Origin: Acidimicrobiales bacterium
GTDB taxonomy: Bacteria; Actinomycetota; Acidimicrobiia; Acidimicrobiales; CATQHL01
Assembly: GCA_965209115.1 (NCBI GenBank)
Contig: CBDBQD010000001.1
Span: 1,122,071-1,186,070, forward strand
DNA length: 64,000 bases
Direction of reading: 5' to 3'
The notes under the pieces were generated by a model. The model worked only from the letters and a program-made list of their open reading frames with translations, searched no databases and had not been told where the DNA came from. Both the position numbers and the translations under genes were made by a program. Shown piece by piece: positions 16,592 through 24,655 of this stretch. Every line of letters starts with the position of its first letter. Position 1 is the stretch's first letter.

Positions 16592-17275
16592 CTACGCCGA
16601 TCGCTTGTCCCGCCGCGCCCAGATACGGTCGATGTACGCCACCGCCTCGGGTGTCTTGCAGGAGGTCTCGCCGTGGTCCACGGCGACGGGGCCGATCCGC
16701 CGGGCGGAGGCGGTCGCGCTCTCCCGCAGTGACTCGTTGCGGCCGCCGATGGCGATGAGGGCGCCGTTCATGCAGTGACGGACCCGGTTGGCGGCCGTCG
16801 CGATGCCGGATTCGATGCTCTCGAGTCGCATCTCGAAGTACCCGTCAGGCAAACCCTTGCCGGCGAGGGCCTGTTGCGCCACGAGGGTCCAGCCGGCCGC
16901 GACCAGCCACTCGCCGTCATCGGCGGTCCAGTCCTCCGCGCAGCCGTCCAGGAACGGCGTGCGGGCGACGAACGCGGCCATCTCGTCGATCAGGACATAG
17001 TTGCCGAGGTCCGCAACCCAGGCCTCGATCTCGGACCGCCCGGCCTGCGCCGGGTCGGCGACGGCAAGAGCCAGCACGCGGGCGTCGTGGTTCCCGCTCG
17101 CCCACAGCGCCCTTGCCAGGTCGTGATCGGGCCCGAGCTTCTTCCCCATCTTGCGGAGGTGGGCGAAGCTGACGCCGAACATCGGCTCGTTCACGCCGTG
17201 ACGGGCGTAGACCTTGCGGTTCTGGGCCGTGCCCAGCGCCTCCAACTCCGCCAACACGCGGCCGGGATCGCTCAT
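16592..17275 (-). CDS. DNA alkylation repair protein (AlkD-like HEAT-repeat family)
   Basis: Start at MSDPGRVLAELEALG. NRKVYARHGV...FGVSFAHLRKMGKKLG...LARALWASGNHDARVLA resembles the DNA-alkylation-repair family. Confidence 0.6.
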   Translation of the reverse strand: MSDPGRVLAELEALGTAQNRKVYARHGVNEPMFGVSFAHLRKMGKKLGPDHDLARALWASGNHDARVLALAVADPAQAGRSEIEAWVADLGNYVLIDEMAAFVARTPFLDGCAEDWTADDGEWLVAAGWTLVAQQALAGKGLPDGYFEMRLESIESGIATAANRVRHCMNGALIAIGGRNESLRESATASARRIGPVAVDHGETSCKTPEAVAYIDRIWARRDKRSA

Positions 17276-17627
17276 CGCCGATGCCGCTCCTTCCGGGTGC
17301 GCCGTTTCGCGGCGTGTACCACTCGGTCCTGTGCAGACCTCTCGCCTGCGCACCAGGCACCACGATATGTGATCGCCCTGAGGCCGCCGCAGCCGAGCGG
17401 CGTACGTCTGCCGAGGCCGTGGCGGATCGGGCCGACGAGGACCCCCACGCCGAGCCGACCGTCCGCTACCTCATCGACCCGTTCCGCGACTACACCCTCC
17501 ACTTCGCCGAAGCCAAGATCACCCTCAACGTCGCCGACCTCCTCACCGCCGCCGGCCAGCCTTGCTGAGCGTCGCTCGGCACCGTCCCGCGGGTCGGCCG
17601 CCAGAAGCGCGGGCTATCCTTACATCG

Positions 17628-18710
17628 ATGGACAGTGTCTGCCCGCAGCGAGCGTGGGTGGAGGCGCTGCGCCCGGGTACGTTCTTCCGGACGCGCGACG
17701 TCCCTGGTCCGACGCGTGGCGCGGTGTCGACGTTCCTGAGCCGGGAGGCGTCCAAGCCCGCGGGTCGGGCCGTTTGCCGGCGGGTCGCGCCGAACCTGTA
17801 CTGGAAGCCCCGTCGTAACGAGCGTGGCGTGCCGATCGAGCCGGACTACCTGGCCCTTGCGGGGGCCATCGCCGGCCGCGGTCACGGGATGGCGGGCCAC
17901 GACGCCGGAATCGTCGCCGGGTGGCTGACGCACACCGTCTCGGCGACCGCGACGGTGGCTGTGGTGGGTGAGCCGAGCGTGCGCAGGCCGCTGCCGACGC
18001 TCCTCCTGCGGGCGCGGGCGAACACGCGCCGGCGCGCCCTCACTCCTCTCGAGGTCACGTATCTCGAAGCGATCGCCTCCTTCGACGAGTGTGCGGAGGT
18101 TGACTGGCCTGCCGCGCTGCGGATCACCGAACGGCAGGTCGGGCATCGCGGCCGGTTGCGCACACGGCTCATGCTGGCGGTCGCTGCGGCCGAGCGCGGT
18201 CCGGGCTCGCTCGGGCTGCGTGGACGACTGGGCGAGTTCTGCGACGTGGTCTCGGGCCTGCCGCCTCCGGCCGCACCGGTTCTGCCCCCGCCGCCGCGGC
18301 CGGTGTTGGATCGCCGCTTGGTGACCGCCGCCGATCTGCCGTCGTGGATGGCGGAGTCGCCCGGATCGCGCATCGGCGCGCTCTCCACGTTCGTCAACCA
18401 CTGGGCGCATTATCCGCACCATCGCGCCGCGTTGTGCGCCGCGCCGCCGCGGGGGGAGAACCGTCTGGATCTGGCGCGGATCGCCGCCACGGTGCACGCC
18501 CTCTGCGACAGGGACGCCGTCGAGGTTCCACACTGGGTGTGGGCGAACCGTTGGCACGAGGACGTCGCGGTGCACAGCGCCGGCACGGTCACCCCGGAAC
18601 TCCGGGAGATCGCGCCGGCCGCCTGTCGCCTTCACCGGGTCTGGTTCGCCGATGACCACATCATGTGCATCTCCGTCCACGGATTCTGGAACCGTCGGCA
18701 CGCCGCATGA
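17628..18710 (+). CDS. AbiEi-like winged-helix protein with an extra C-terminal domain of unknown function
   Basis: The N-terminus WVEALRPGTFFRTRDVPGPTRGAVSTFLSREASKPAGRAVCRRVAPNLYWKP has the AbiEi-antitoxin N-domain pattern. The last 150 aa or so are W/H-rich and unrecognised. Confidence 0.5.
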   Translation: MDSVCPQRAWVEALRPGTFFRTRDVPGPTRGAVSTFLSREASKPAGRAVCRRVAPNLYWKPRRNERGVPIEPDYLALAGAIAGRGHGMAGHDAGIVAGWLTHTVSATATVAVVGEPSVRRPLPTLLLRARANTRRRALTPLEVTYLEAIASFDECAEVDWPAALRITERQVGHRGRLRTRLMLAVAAAERGPGSLGLRGRLGEFCDVVSGLPPPAAPVLPPPPRPVLDRRLVTAADLPSWMAESPGSRIGALSTFVNHWAHYPHHRAALCAAPPRGENRLDLARIAATVHALCDRDAVEVPHWVWANRWHEDVAVHSAGTVTPELREIAPAACRLHRVWFADDHIMCISVHGFWNRRHAA

Positions 18711-19375
18711 CGGAAGTGAGGTTCACGCGCGACGAACTGCTCGCGCTGTTTGCCGCCGTCGATGAGCTTCTGCCGGAGGGCGATCCGCTCCGGGTTCCCG
18801 TCGGCGGCGCCGTGGCGATCATGGCGGTCCAGCCGGGGCGCGTATCCAGCGACGTGGACGTTTTCCTGCCCACGCTGCCGCCAGACCTGCGCCAGGCGGT
18901 CACCGCCGTGACCGAGCGCCATCGACTGCCCGAGGGATGGTTCAACACCACCGCCGGCGAGATGGGGCTTCCGCCGTTCGAGTTGGACGACGAGCCGTTC
19001 TTCGAGGGGAATCGGCTGGTGGTCGAAGTCGTCGATCCCACCTCGAAGCTCCTGCTCAAGCTCAACGCAGCACGGGCCAAGGACCGCGAAGACATTCTCG
19101 TACTGATGGAAGCGACAGGGTTCACCTCACAGGACGATCTGCTTCTGTTGATAGATGCGCACTTCGACGAGTATCCCGGGTCCAGCCTTGACCGCCTCTG
19201 GATGCAGGGAGTCGCCCGGGAAGCGGCGCTCGAGTTCCGGCGGCGGGCGTGGAATATCGAGGGCCCTGACGACACCGGCGGCGCGGCCCCAAGTCCTGTC
19301 GACGAGGAGGAGTTGCTGCGCCAATGGGGCCTCGAAGTCGATTCCCCGCCGGACGGACCTCAACCCGATCGGTGA
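18707..19375 (+). CDS. Nucleotidyltransferase-fold protein (minimal NTase; AbiEii/DUF6036-like)
   Basis: ATGA overlap with the upstream gene. VGGAVAIMAVQPGRVSSDVDVF matches the G-x-x...S-x-D-x-D NTase motif. KLLLKLNAARAKDREDILVL is a helix typical of these NTases. Confidence 0.5.
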   Translation: MTEVRFTRDELLALFAAVDELLPEGDPLRVPVGGAVAIMAVQPGRVSSDVDVFLPTLPPDLRQAVTAVTERHRLPEGWFNTTAGEMGLPPFELDDEPFFEGNRLVVEVVDPTSKLLLKLNAARAKDREDILVLMEATGFTSQDDLLLLIDAHFDEYPGSSLDRLWMQGVAREAALEFRRRAWNIEGPDDTGGAAPSPVDEEELLRQWGLEVDSPPDGPQPDR

Positions 19376-19661
19376 CCGATGCAGCGGGTGTGTCTGCTGG
19401 TCAGCGAGGGTTGTCGGCGTCGGCGGGGAGGATGCGCAGGGGACGGCCGCTGAACGACCGCCGTGCCGCAGTTCGACAGGACATGAGGCATCGCATAAGG
19501 CTGGGAGGCCTCGCGGGCGATGCTGATTGATCTCGAGATGAGGAGCCGCATCCGAGACTTGGTAGGGGGAATTCGGAAGGCCGGGATCGAGTTCGCGTTT
19601 GAGCGAGACGCAGGACATGATAAGGCAGATTCGCGTGATGGGGTTGGTACGGTGAGCGGCC

Positions 19662-20528
19662 GTGGCTGGGTATCGGCCGAAGCTGATTGAGGTGGCGCTG
19701 CCTCTGGCCGCGATCAATGCGGAGGCGGCTCGGGAGAAGTCGATACGGCACGGGCACCCGTCGACATTGCATCTGTGGTGGGCTCGGCGGCCGTTGGCGG
19801 CGGCCCGGGCGGTGATCTGGGCTTCGCTGGTGGACGATCCGTCCGGGGACGAGTCGCTGACCGCTGCCGAGCAGGACGCTGAGCGGGCTCGGCTGTTCGG
19901 CATTCTCACGCAGCTCGTGCAGTGGGAGAACTCGAACAACCCGGACGTGCTGCCGGCGGCTCGGGCCGAGATCGACCGGTGCTTCCCGGATGGGCCGCCG
20001 GCGGTCCTGGACCCGTTCGCCGGGGGCGGTGCGCACGATGCAGCAGGGCAGCATCGCCCCGGTCGACATGGCACAGTCGACAATCGGGCCGGGGATGAAG
20101 GTGTTCTCCCGCTACAGCAAGGTCGTGGAGGCCGCCGAGTCGGCGATGTCGGTGTCGACGGCTCTGGCGATCATCAACGACGTGCTGGGCGGGATCCTCG
20201 ATGGGGCGGAGGCCGAACTCGACGCCCCGACGCGGTTCGCGCTGACTTGGTACTCGCAGTACGGCTACGAAACCGCGCCGTCGGGTGACGCCGACATCCT
20301 GGCTCGGGCCAAGGGCACGTCACTGGAGGGGATCGAGGAGGCAGGCATCGGCCAGAGGCTCGTGCCGGTCAGACTCGCCTCTACGAGCGTTCGGAGCTGG
20401 CCGAGGGTTGGTCGCCGGCGAGCGACAACGGCTGGGCCGCCGAGGCCGGCACCTACAACGCCCTCATCGCCGCCTGGCCTGCCCTGCGGGCCGCCGACTC
20501 GGTCCCCGAGGCCCCCACGCTCCTCTAA
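19662..20528 (+). pseudogene. DUF1156-type DNA methyltransferase remnant (large internal deletion plus frameshifts)
   Basis: N-terminus [45 protein letters not shown]...DPFAGGG, then a jump at about 20031-20055 into the C-terminal region ([21 protein letters not shown]...) in another frame. A third frame ends ...LYERSELAEGW...TLL*. Confidence 0.7.
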
Positions 20529-20613
20529 TGCACCTGTTCGGGCAGGTGAGAACGTCGGGCCGCTGCCCGGATCGAGATCATCGGTCGGTCGGGCTGACCT
20601 ATTCGCGCACACT

Positions 20614-20993
20614 CTAGTCCCAGCGGACGAGGATCGGCCCTCCGCGTCCCAGGCTGCCCACCAGTGCGGCGAAATCACCGGTGTCCGCCGTGAGAATGTC
20701 ATCGGCAAGCTGTGTTGCGAGCACCACGAGGTGCGCGTCCACCACATCGGTACCGCCGGACCTCCGGAGCAGGCCGCCAACTCGTGTCGCGTCGGCATGC
20801 TCAAACGGGTGCACATCCACGGATCGGAGGAACCGGCCGAGCCGGACCTGTTGAGGAGGGCTTCGCAGGACCTGTGCCACGACTGGAGCGCTCGTTCGAA
20901 GCGGCTCCCCTCGTGCGACGGCCTGATTTACGACCGCAGAGACCTCGGCCTCACCGCGGTCTACGCGATCAGCGGTCCCGCGTCGAGGATCAC
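20614..20993 (-). pseudogene. PIN-domain toxin (VapC-like) with an N-terminal frameshift
   Basis: The GTG overlaps the antitoxin stop (GTGA). It reads VILDAGPLIA, then an in-frame TAG at 20961-20963. The rest of the PIN domain (VDRGEAEV...DVVDAHLVVLA...ILTADTGDF) is in the -1 frame. Confidence 0.6.
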
Positions 20994-21223
20994 CTATTGA
21001 AGTAGCGGCGCCCCGCCTCGGCGACCGCTTCGGGATCGGGATGTCCGAACTCCTCGATCCATTCCTGTTCGAACTCGCGAAGCGCCTGCCGCCGGCGGCT
21101 GTGGGCTGCGAGCAGTCGGAGGCCTTCCCGGACCGCAGCTGACTGGCTGCCGAACTCCGCGGCCAACTCCTCAAGCAGCCGGGAATCGTCGCCGTTCAGT
21201 CGGATCGTGGTGGCCTTGGCCAT
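20990..21223 (-). CDS. Ribbon-helix-helix (CopG-like) antitoxin
   Basis: 77 aa. MAKATTIRLNGDDSRLLEELAAEFG fits a beta-strand followed by a helix, the RHH pattern. It lies directly upstream of the PIN gene. Confidence 0.7.
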   Translation of the reverse strand: MAKATTIRLNGDDSRLLEELAAEFGSQSAAVREGLRLLAAHSRRRQALREFEQEWIEEFGHPDPEAVAEAGRRYFNR

Positions 21224-21351
21224 GGCTCCAGGATACTTGGATGTGACGTTGCGAGACTACGCGGCCCCGCTCGGGCGGGCGCTGTCGCAGGGGCGGTCAT
21301 AGTGTCTGCGGCGCGGCCTCGCCGCTGCCTCAGGAGGTTCGCCGCATCGTC

Positions 21352-22582
21352 ATGAGCAACAGCGAGCGCGTCGGGCGGGCGCTGCCGGCGGCGGCGGGGA
21401 GGGCGGCAGCGGTGGGCAGCGCCTTCCCGGTGGTGACTTCGACACGCAGTTCACGTTCGCGCAGGCGCTGACCGAGGCCGCGGCGGCGGTGCCGAACGTG
21501 GTGGTGCTGGTGACGGTCCCGGCGTCGGACATCGAGGCGGGCGGCGACCGGGGGCGCACGGCGTTGGAGCGGCTGAAGAACGTGGTGACCCGCACGGCGG
21601 CGCAGTGGCAGCCGGCGTCGCCGGACGAGTCGTTCGAGATCGTGCGGCGGCGGCTGTTCGATCCGGTGCCGGCGGAGCGGGCGAGGGTGCGCGACGGGGT
21701 CGTCCGGGCGTTCAGCGAGATGTACCGGGACCGGCCCGGCGATTTCCCGTCGGGCGCCGGCGAGGTCGACTACCGCAAGCGGATGGAGCTGTCGTACCCC
21801 CTGCACCCCGAACTGTTCGACCGGCTGTTCGGGGACTGGTCGGCGCTGGACCGCTTCCAGCGCACCCGGGGGGTGCTGCGGCTCATGGCGCTGGCGATCT
21901 CGCAGCTCTGGCAGCGCGGCGACCGGTCGCTGCTGATCATGCCCTCCAGCCTGCCCATGGACTCCGGCACGCTCGTGAGCGAGTTGAGGAAGTACCTGGA
22001 GGAGGGCTGGGACCCGGTCATCAAGGCCGATGTGGACGGCGCGAACTCCCTGCCGCTGCGCATCGACAACGAGACGCCGCACTTCGGGCGCCTGTCGGCC
22101 ACCCGGCGCGCCGCACGCACCGTCTACGTGGGCTCGGCGCCCCGGCCCGACGCCAAGCGGGGCGTGGACCTGCGCTCGGTGGTGCTGGGGTGCGCCCAGC
22201 CCGGCGAGCCGACCGGCCAGTTCGCCGACGCGCTGAAGCGGCTGTCGGGCGAGGCGACGCACCTGCGCACCTGTACGTGGACGGCAACCAGTACTGGTAC
22301 TCGCTGCAGCCCAACGTCACCCAGGTGCTGATCCCCACACAGAAGCCGGGCACCCCAGAGGTGGACTGGCAGACCGCCAGGGCGAGCACCGACGGCGACA
22401 TCGGCGCCCGCGTGAGTCGCAAGCTCGCCAGCAGCGAAGAACTGATCGCCCGCCTCGGCTCCGACCTCGAACTCTCCCTCGAACTCCGAGCCAACAAGCC
22501 CGACGGCTACGACGACGCCACCCAACGAATCGTCTCCGAGAACGCCGCCAACCTCGGCGCCACCGCAAGCGAGTTCGAGTAG
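21352..22582 (+). pseudogene. DUF499-type ATPase remnant (5' truncated, frameshifted, internally deleted)
   Basis: Lacks the Walker region. Carries FDTQFTFAQALTEAA...FEIVRRRLF...HPELFDRLF...TRGVLRLMA. Frameshifts at about 21428 and 22258-22273. The C-terminal ...IVSENAANLGATASEFE* follows shortly after YVDGNQYWYSLQPNVT. Confidence 0.7.
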
Positions 22583-22625
22583 GCGCCGGCGTCAATCGCA
22601 GACGCTGGCCGGTTCGCTGATCGTT

Positions 22626-22674
22626 GGATTCCGGCCCTGGATCGAGTCCGGGGCCGGCTCTGCGCCGGAATGAC
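22626..22674. repeat. REP-like compound element GGATTCCGGCC-N27-GCCGGAATGAC
   Basis: Read directly. Near-identical to 24424-24472 and related to 25787-25837. Confidence 0.85.
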
Positions 22675-22698
22675 GTCGGGTTCGGCGTGCCGGAGCCA

Positions 22699-22821
22699 GT
22701 CGGAGACCGCGCGGCGGGGGATGCAGAGGGCGGGCGGTCCGGGAGGCGGGCTCGGCTCCTCGGCGGTCTCTGCCGCCGGCGAACCGGACGTGGCGGCACC
22801 TTCGGGTAGCCGCGGGCCGCC
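22699..22821 (-). pseudogene. 3'-terminal fragment of a YHYH-lipoprotein gene
   Basis: GGPRLPEGAATSGSPAAETAEEPSPPPGPPALCIPRRAVSD parallels the C-terminus of the intact gene (GGPQLPEGAVTSGSPAAQTADD...PPALCLPRLGVCD). Confidence 0.6.
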
Positions 22822-22948
22822 GGCCGGTATTGCTGTCGTCGAGGAGTTCCGACGCAGCGGCCGAGGCATCGACGACCGATGGCCGGGGCCGTCCTCGCGG
22901 GAACTCGACGCTCTGAGCCGCGTGGATTCGACATCCTGCACTCCTCAC

Positions 22949-22985
22949 GGGTGCAAATCGTAGGTAGCACTTACGGATCGCACCC
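22949..22985. promoter_or_regulatory. Imperfect palindrome GGGTGCAAATCGTAGGT-AGC-ACTTACGGATCGCACCC upstream of the ATPase gene
   Basis: 13 of 17 arm positions pair. Low-GC patch ending 19 bp before GTG 23004. Confidence 0.3.
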
Positions 22986-23003
22986 ACGAGGTAGGATGCG
23001 GGA

Positions 23004-24224
23004 GTGATCGAGCGCGAGATAACACCGCATCTGGTGCGCCTGTTCGGGCAGTATCCGTTCGTGACGGTGACCGGACCGCGCCAGTCCGGCAAGACCACAC
23101 TGTGCCGCTCAGCGTTCGGCGAGTTGGCGTACGCGAACCTCGAGGATCCTCAGGTGCGCGCCTATGCGGAGCGTGACCCGCGCGGCTTCTTGGCGGAGTT
23201 CCCCGACGGCGCGGTCCTCGACGAGGTCCATCGCGTGCCGGACCTGCTGTCGTACCTGATGGTGCTGGGCGATGAAGCGGGCCGGCCCGGCATGTTCGTG
23301 CTGACCGGCAGTGAGCAGTTCGGCCTGACAGGGGCGGTGAGCCAGTCACTCGCCGGCCGCACGGCACTGCTGCGGCTGTTGCCGTTCTCGCTGGCCGAGT
23401 GCCGCCGGGCCGGCGCCTCCGGACGGATCGAGGAAATCCTCTACGACGGCTGCTACCCGCGGATCCACGATCGGGGCCTCAACCCCACCGAGGCGCTCGG
23501 CGCCTACTGGGAGACCTATGTCGAGCGCGACGCGCGCCGGATCGGGCGGATCCGCAACCTCAGCCAGTTCCGGGACTTCGCCGGCCTGTGCGCGGGCCGC
23601 GTCGGCCAGCTGCTCAACCTGACGAGTCTCGGCGGCGACGCCGGTGTGTCGCACCCCACAGCGGCCGAATGGATCGCCGTCCTCGAGGCCAGCGACATCG
23701 TCTTCCGGCTCCGGCCCCACCACGCCAACACCCGCAAGCGCCTCACGCGCTCGCCGAAGCTCTACTTCCATGACGTCGGCCTGGCCGCCTACCTGTTGGG
23801 GATCAGCGATCCGGACCAGCTGGTCCGCCACCCCCTGCGCGGCGCCCTGTTCGAGAACGCGGCCATTGTGGAGGCCGTCAAGCACCGCTACAACAGGGGC
23901 ACCACCGCGTTCCTTCCCGACATCGCCTTCTACCGGGACCACAAGGGGTTCGAGGTCGACCTGCTCTACCCGACGGGCGACGGGCTTGCCGCCATCGAGA
24001 TCAAGTCCGGCCGCACTGTCGCCTCGGACTGGTTCGCCGGCCCCGCCCGGCTCGCGGGCACCCTGCCGGGAATCACCGCGCAGGCCGTCGTGTACGGCGG
24101 CACGGAGCGCCAGCACCGCACCGCTGGCGACGTCGTGCCGCTCGGGCAGTTCGCGGAGTTCCTGGCCAACCTGGACGTGCCGTCCTCGCATCTCGCACCA
24201 GACGGCCTCGACCTCCTGCCCTGA
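23004..24224 (+). CDS. AAA-family ATPase with DUF4143 C-terminal domain (AAA_14/DUF4143 type)
   Basis: Walker A GPRQSGKTTL and Walker B AVLDEVH. LTGSEQF...LAGRTALLRLLPFSLAE is typical of this family. GAGGTAGGA lies upstream of the GTG. Confidence 0.85.
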   Translation: MIEREITPHLVRLFGQYPFVTVTGPRQSGKTTLCRSAFGELAYANLEDPQVRAYAERDPRGFLAEFPDGAVLDEVHRVPDLLSYLMVLGDEAGRPGMFVLTGSEQFGLTGAVSQSLAGRTALLRLLPFSLAECRRAGASGRIEEILYDGCYPRIHDRGLNPTEALGAYWETYVERDARRIGRIRNLSQFRDFAGLCAGRVGQLLNLTSLGGDAGVSHPTAAEWIAVLEASDIVFRLRPHHANTRKRLTRSPKLYFHDVGLAAYLLGISDPDQLVRHPLRGALFENAAIVEAVKHRYNRGTTAFLPDIAFYRDHKGFEVDLLYPTGDGLAAIEIKSGRTVASDWFAGPARLAGTLPGITAQAVVYGGTERQHRTAGDVVPLGQFAEFLANLDVPSSHLAPDGLDLLP

Positions 24225-24235
24225 TCGTTCGTCCG

Positions 24236-24381
24236 GATCGTCGTCGCCGAGAGCAAGATCACTCTCACCGTCGCCGACATCCATGTGCGAAGTCGGCCGT
24301 GGTGCCGTTTTTGCCTCCTCCGCGTTGAATCGTCTCGGAGACCGCCTCCAACCTCGGCGCCCCGCAAGCGAGTTCGAGTAG
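24236..24381 (+). pseudogene. Second, more degraded DUF499 3'-end remnant
   Basis: Reads ...KITLTVADI... and then, across frames, IVSETASNLGA / ASEFE*. This parallels ...IVSENAANLGATASEFE* at 22527-22582. Confidence 0.45.
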
Positions 24382-24655
24382 GCCTGGCGGCAGTCGCAGA
24401 TGCTGGCCGGTTCGCTGATCGTTGGATTCCGGCCCCGGATCGAGTCCGGGGCAGGCTCTGCGCCGGAATGACGTCGGGTGGGGCGCGCCGGCGTCAGTCG
24501 CAGACGCCGAGGCGGGGGAGGCAGAGGGCGGGCGGTTCGGGCGGTCGGGTGGGTGGTTCGGACGGTGAGGTCGGTGCCTTGGCGGGATCGTCGGCGGTCT
24601 GCGCCGCCGGCGAACCGGACGTGACGGCGCCCTCGGGGAGTTGCGGGCCACCGGC
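24327..24655. repeat. Right copy of the approximately 300-bp direct repeat
   Basis: See 22527-22825. By eye, identity is roughly 80-90% with several indels. Confidence 0.85.
24424..24472. repeat. REP-like compound element
   Basis: GGATTCCGGCCCCGGATCGAGTCCGGGGCAGGCTCTGCGCCGGAATGAC. Confidence 0.85.

Larger units (their letters stand above)
22527..22825. repeat. Left copy of an approximately 300-bp diverged direct repeat flanking the DUF4143 ATPase gene
   Basis: Collinear with 24327-24655. Both contain a DUF499 3' end, a stop, a GGATTCCGGCC...GCCGGAATGAC element, and the 3' end of a YHYH gene on the minus strand. Confidence 0.85.

Noticed and set aside
19990-21000. The 336-aa plus-strand ORF spanning the DUF1156 remnant, the TA cassette and beyond, taken as a single intact gene.
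   Set aside because: Only its first 115 residues or so match the DUF1156 C-terminal region. The remainder is Pro/Arg-rich antisense of the PIN/RHH genes, so it is a composite of a pseudogene frame and a ghost ORF.
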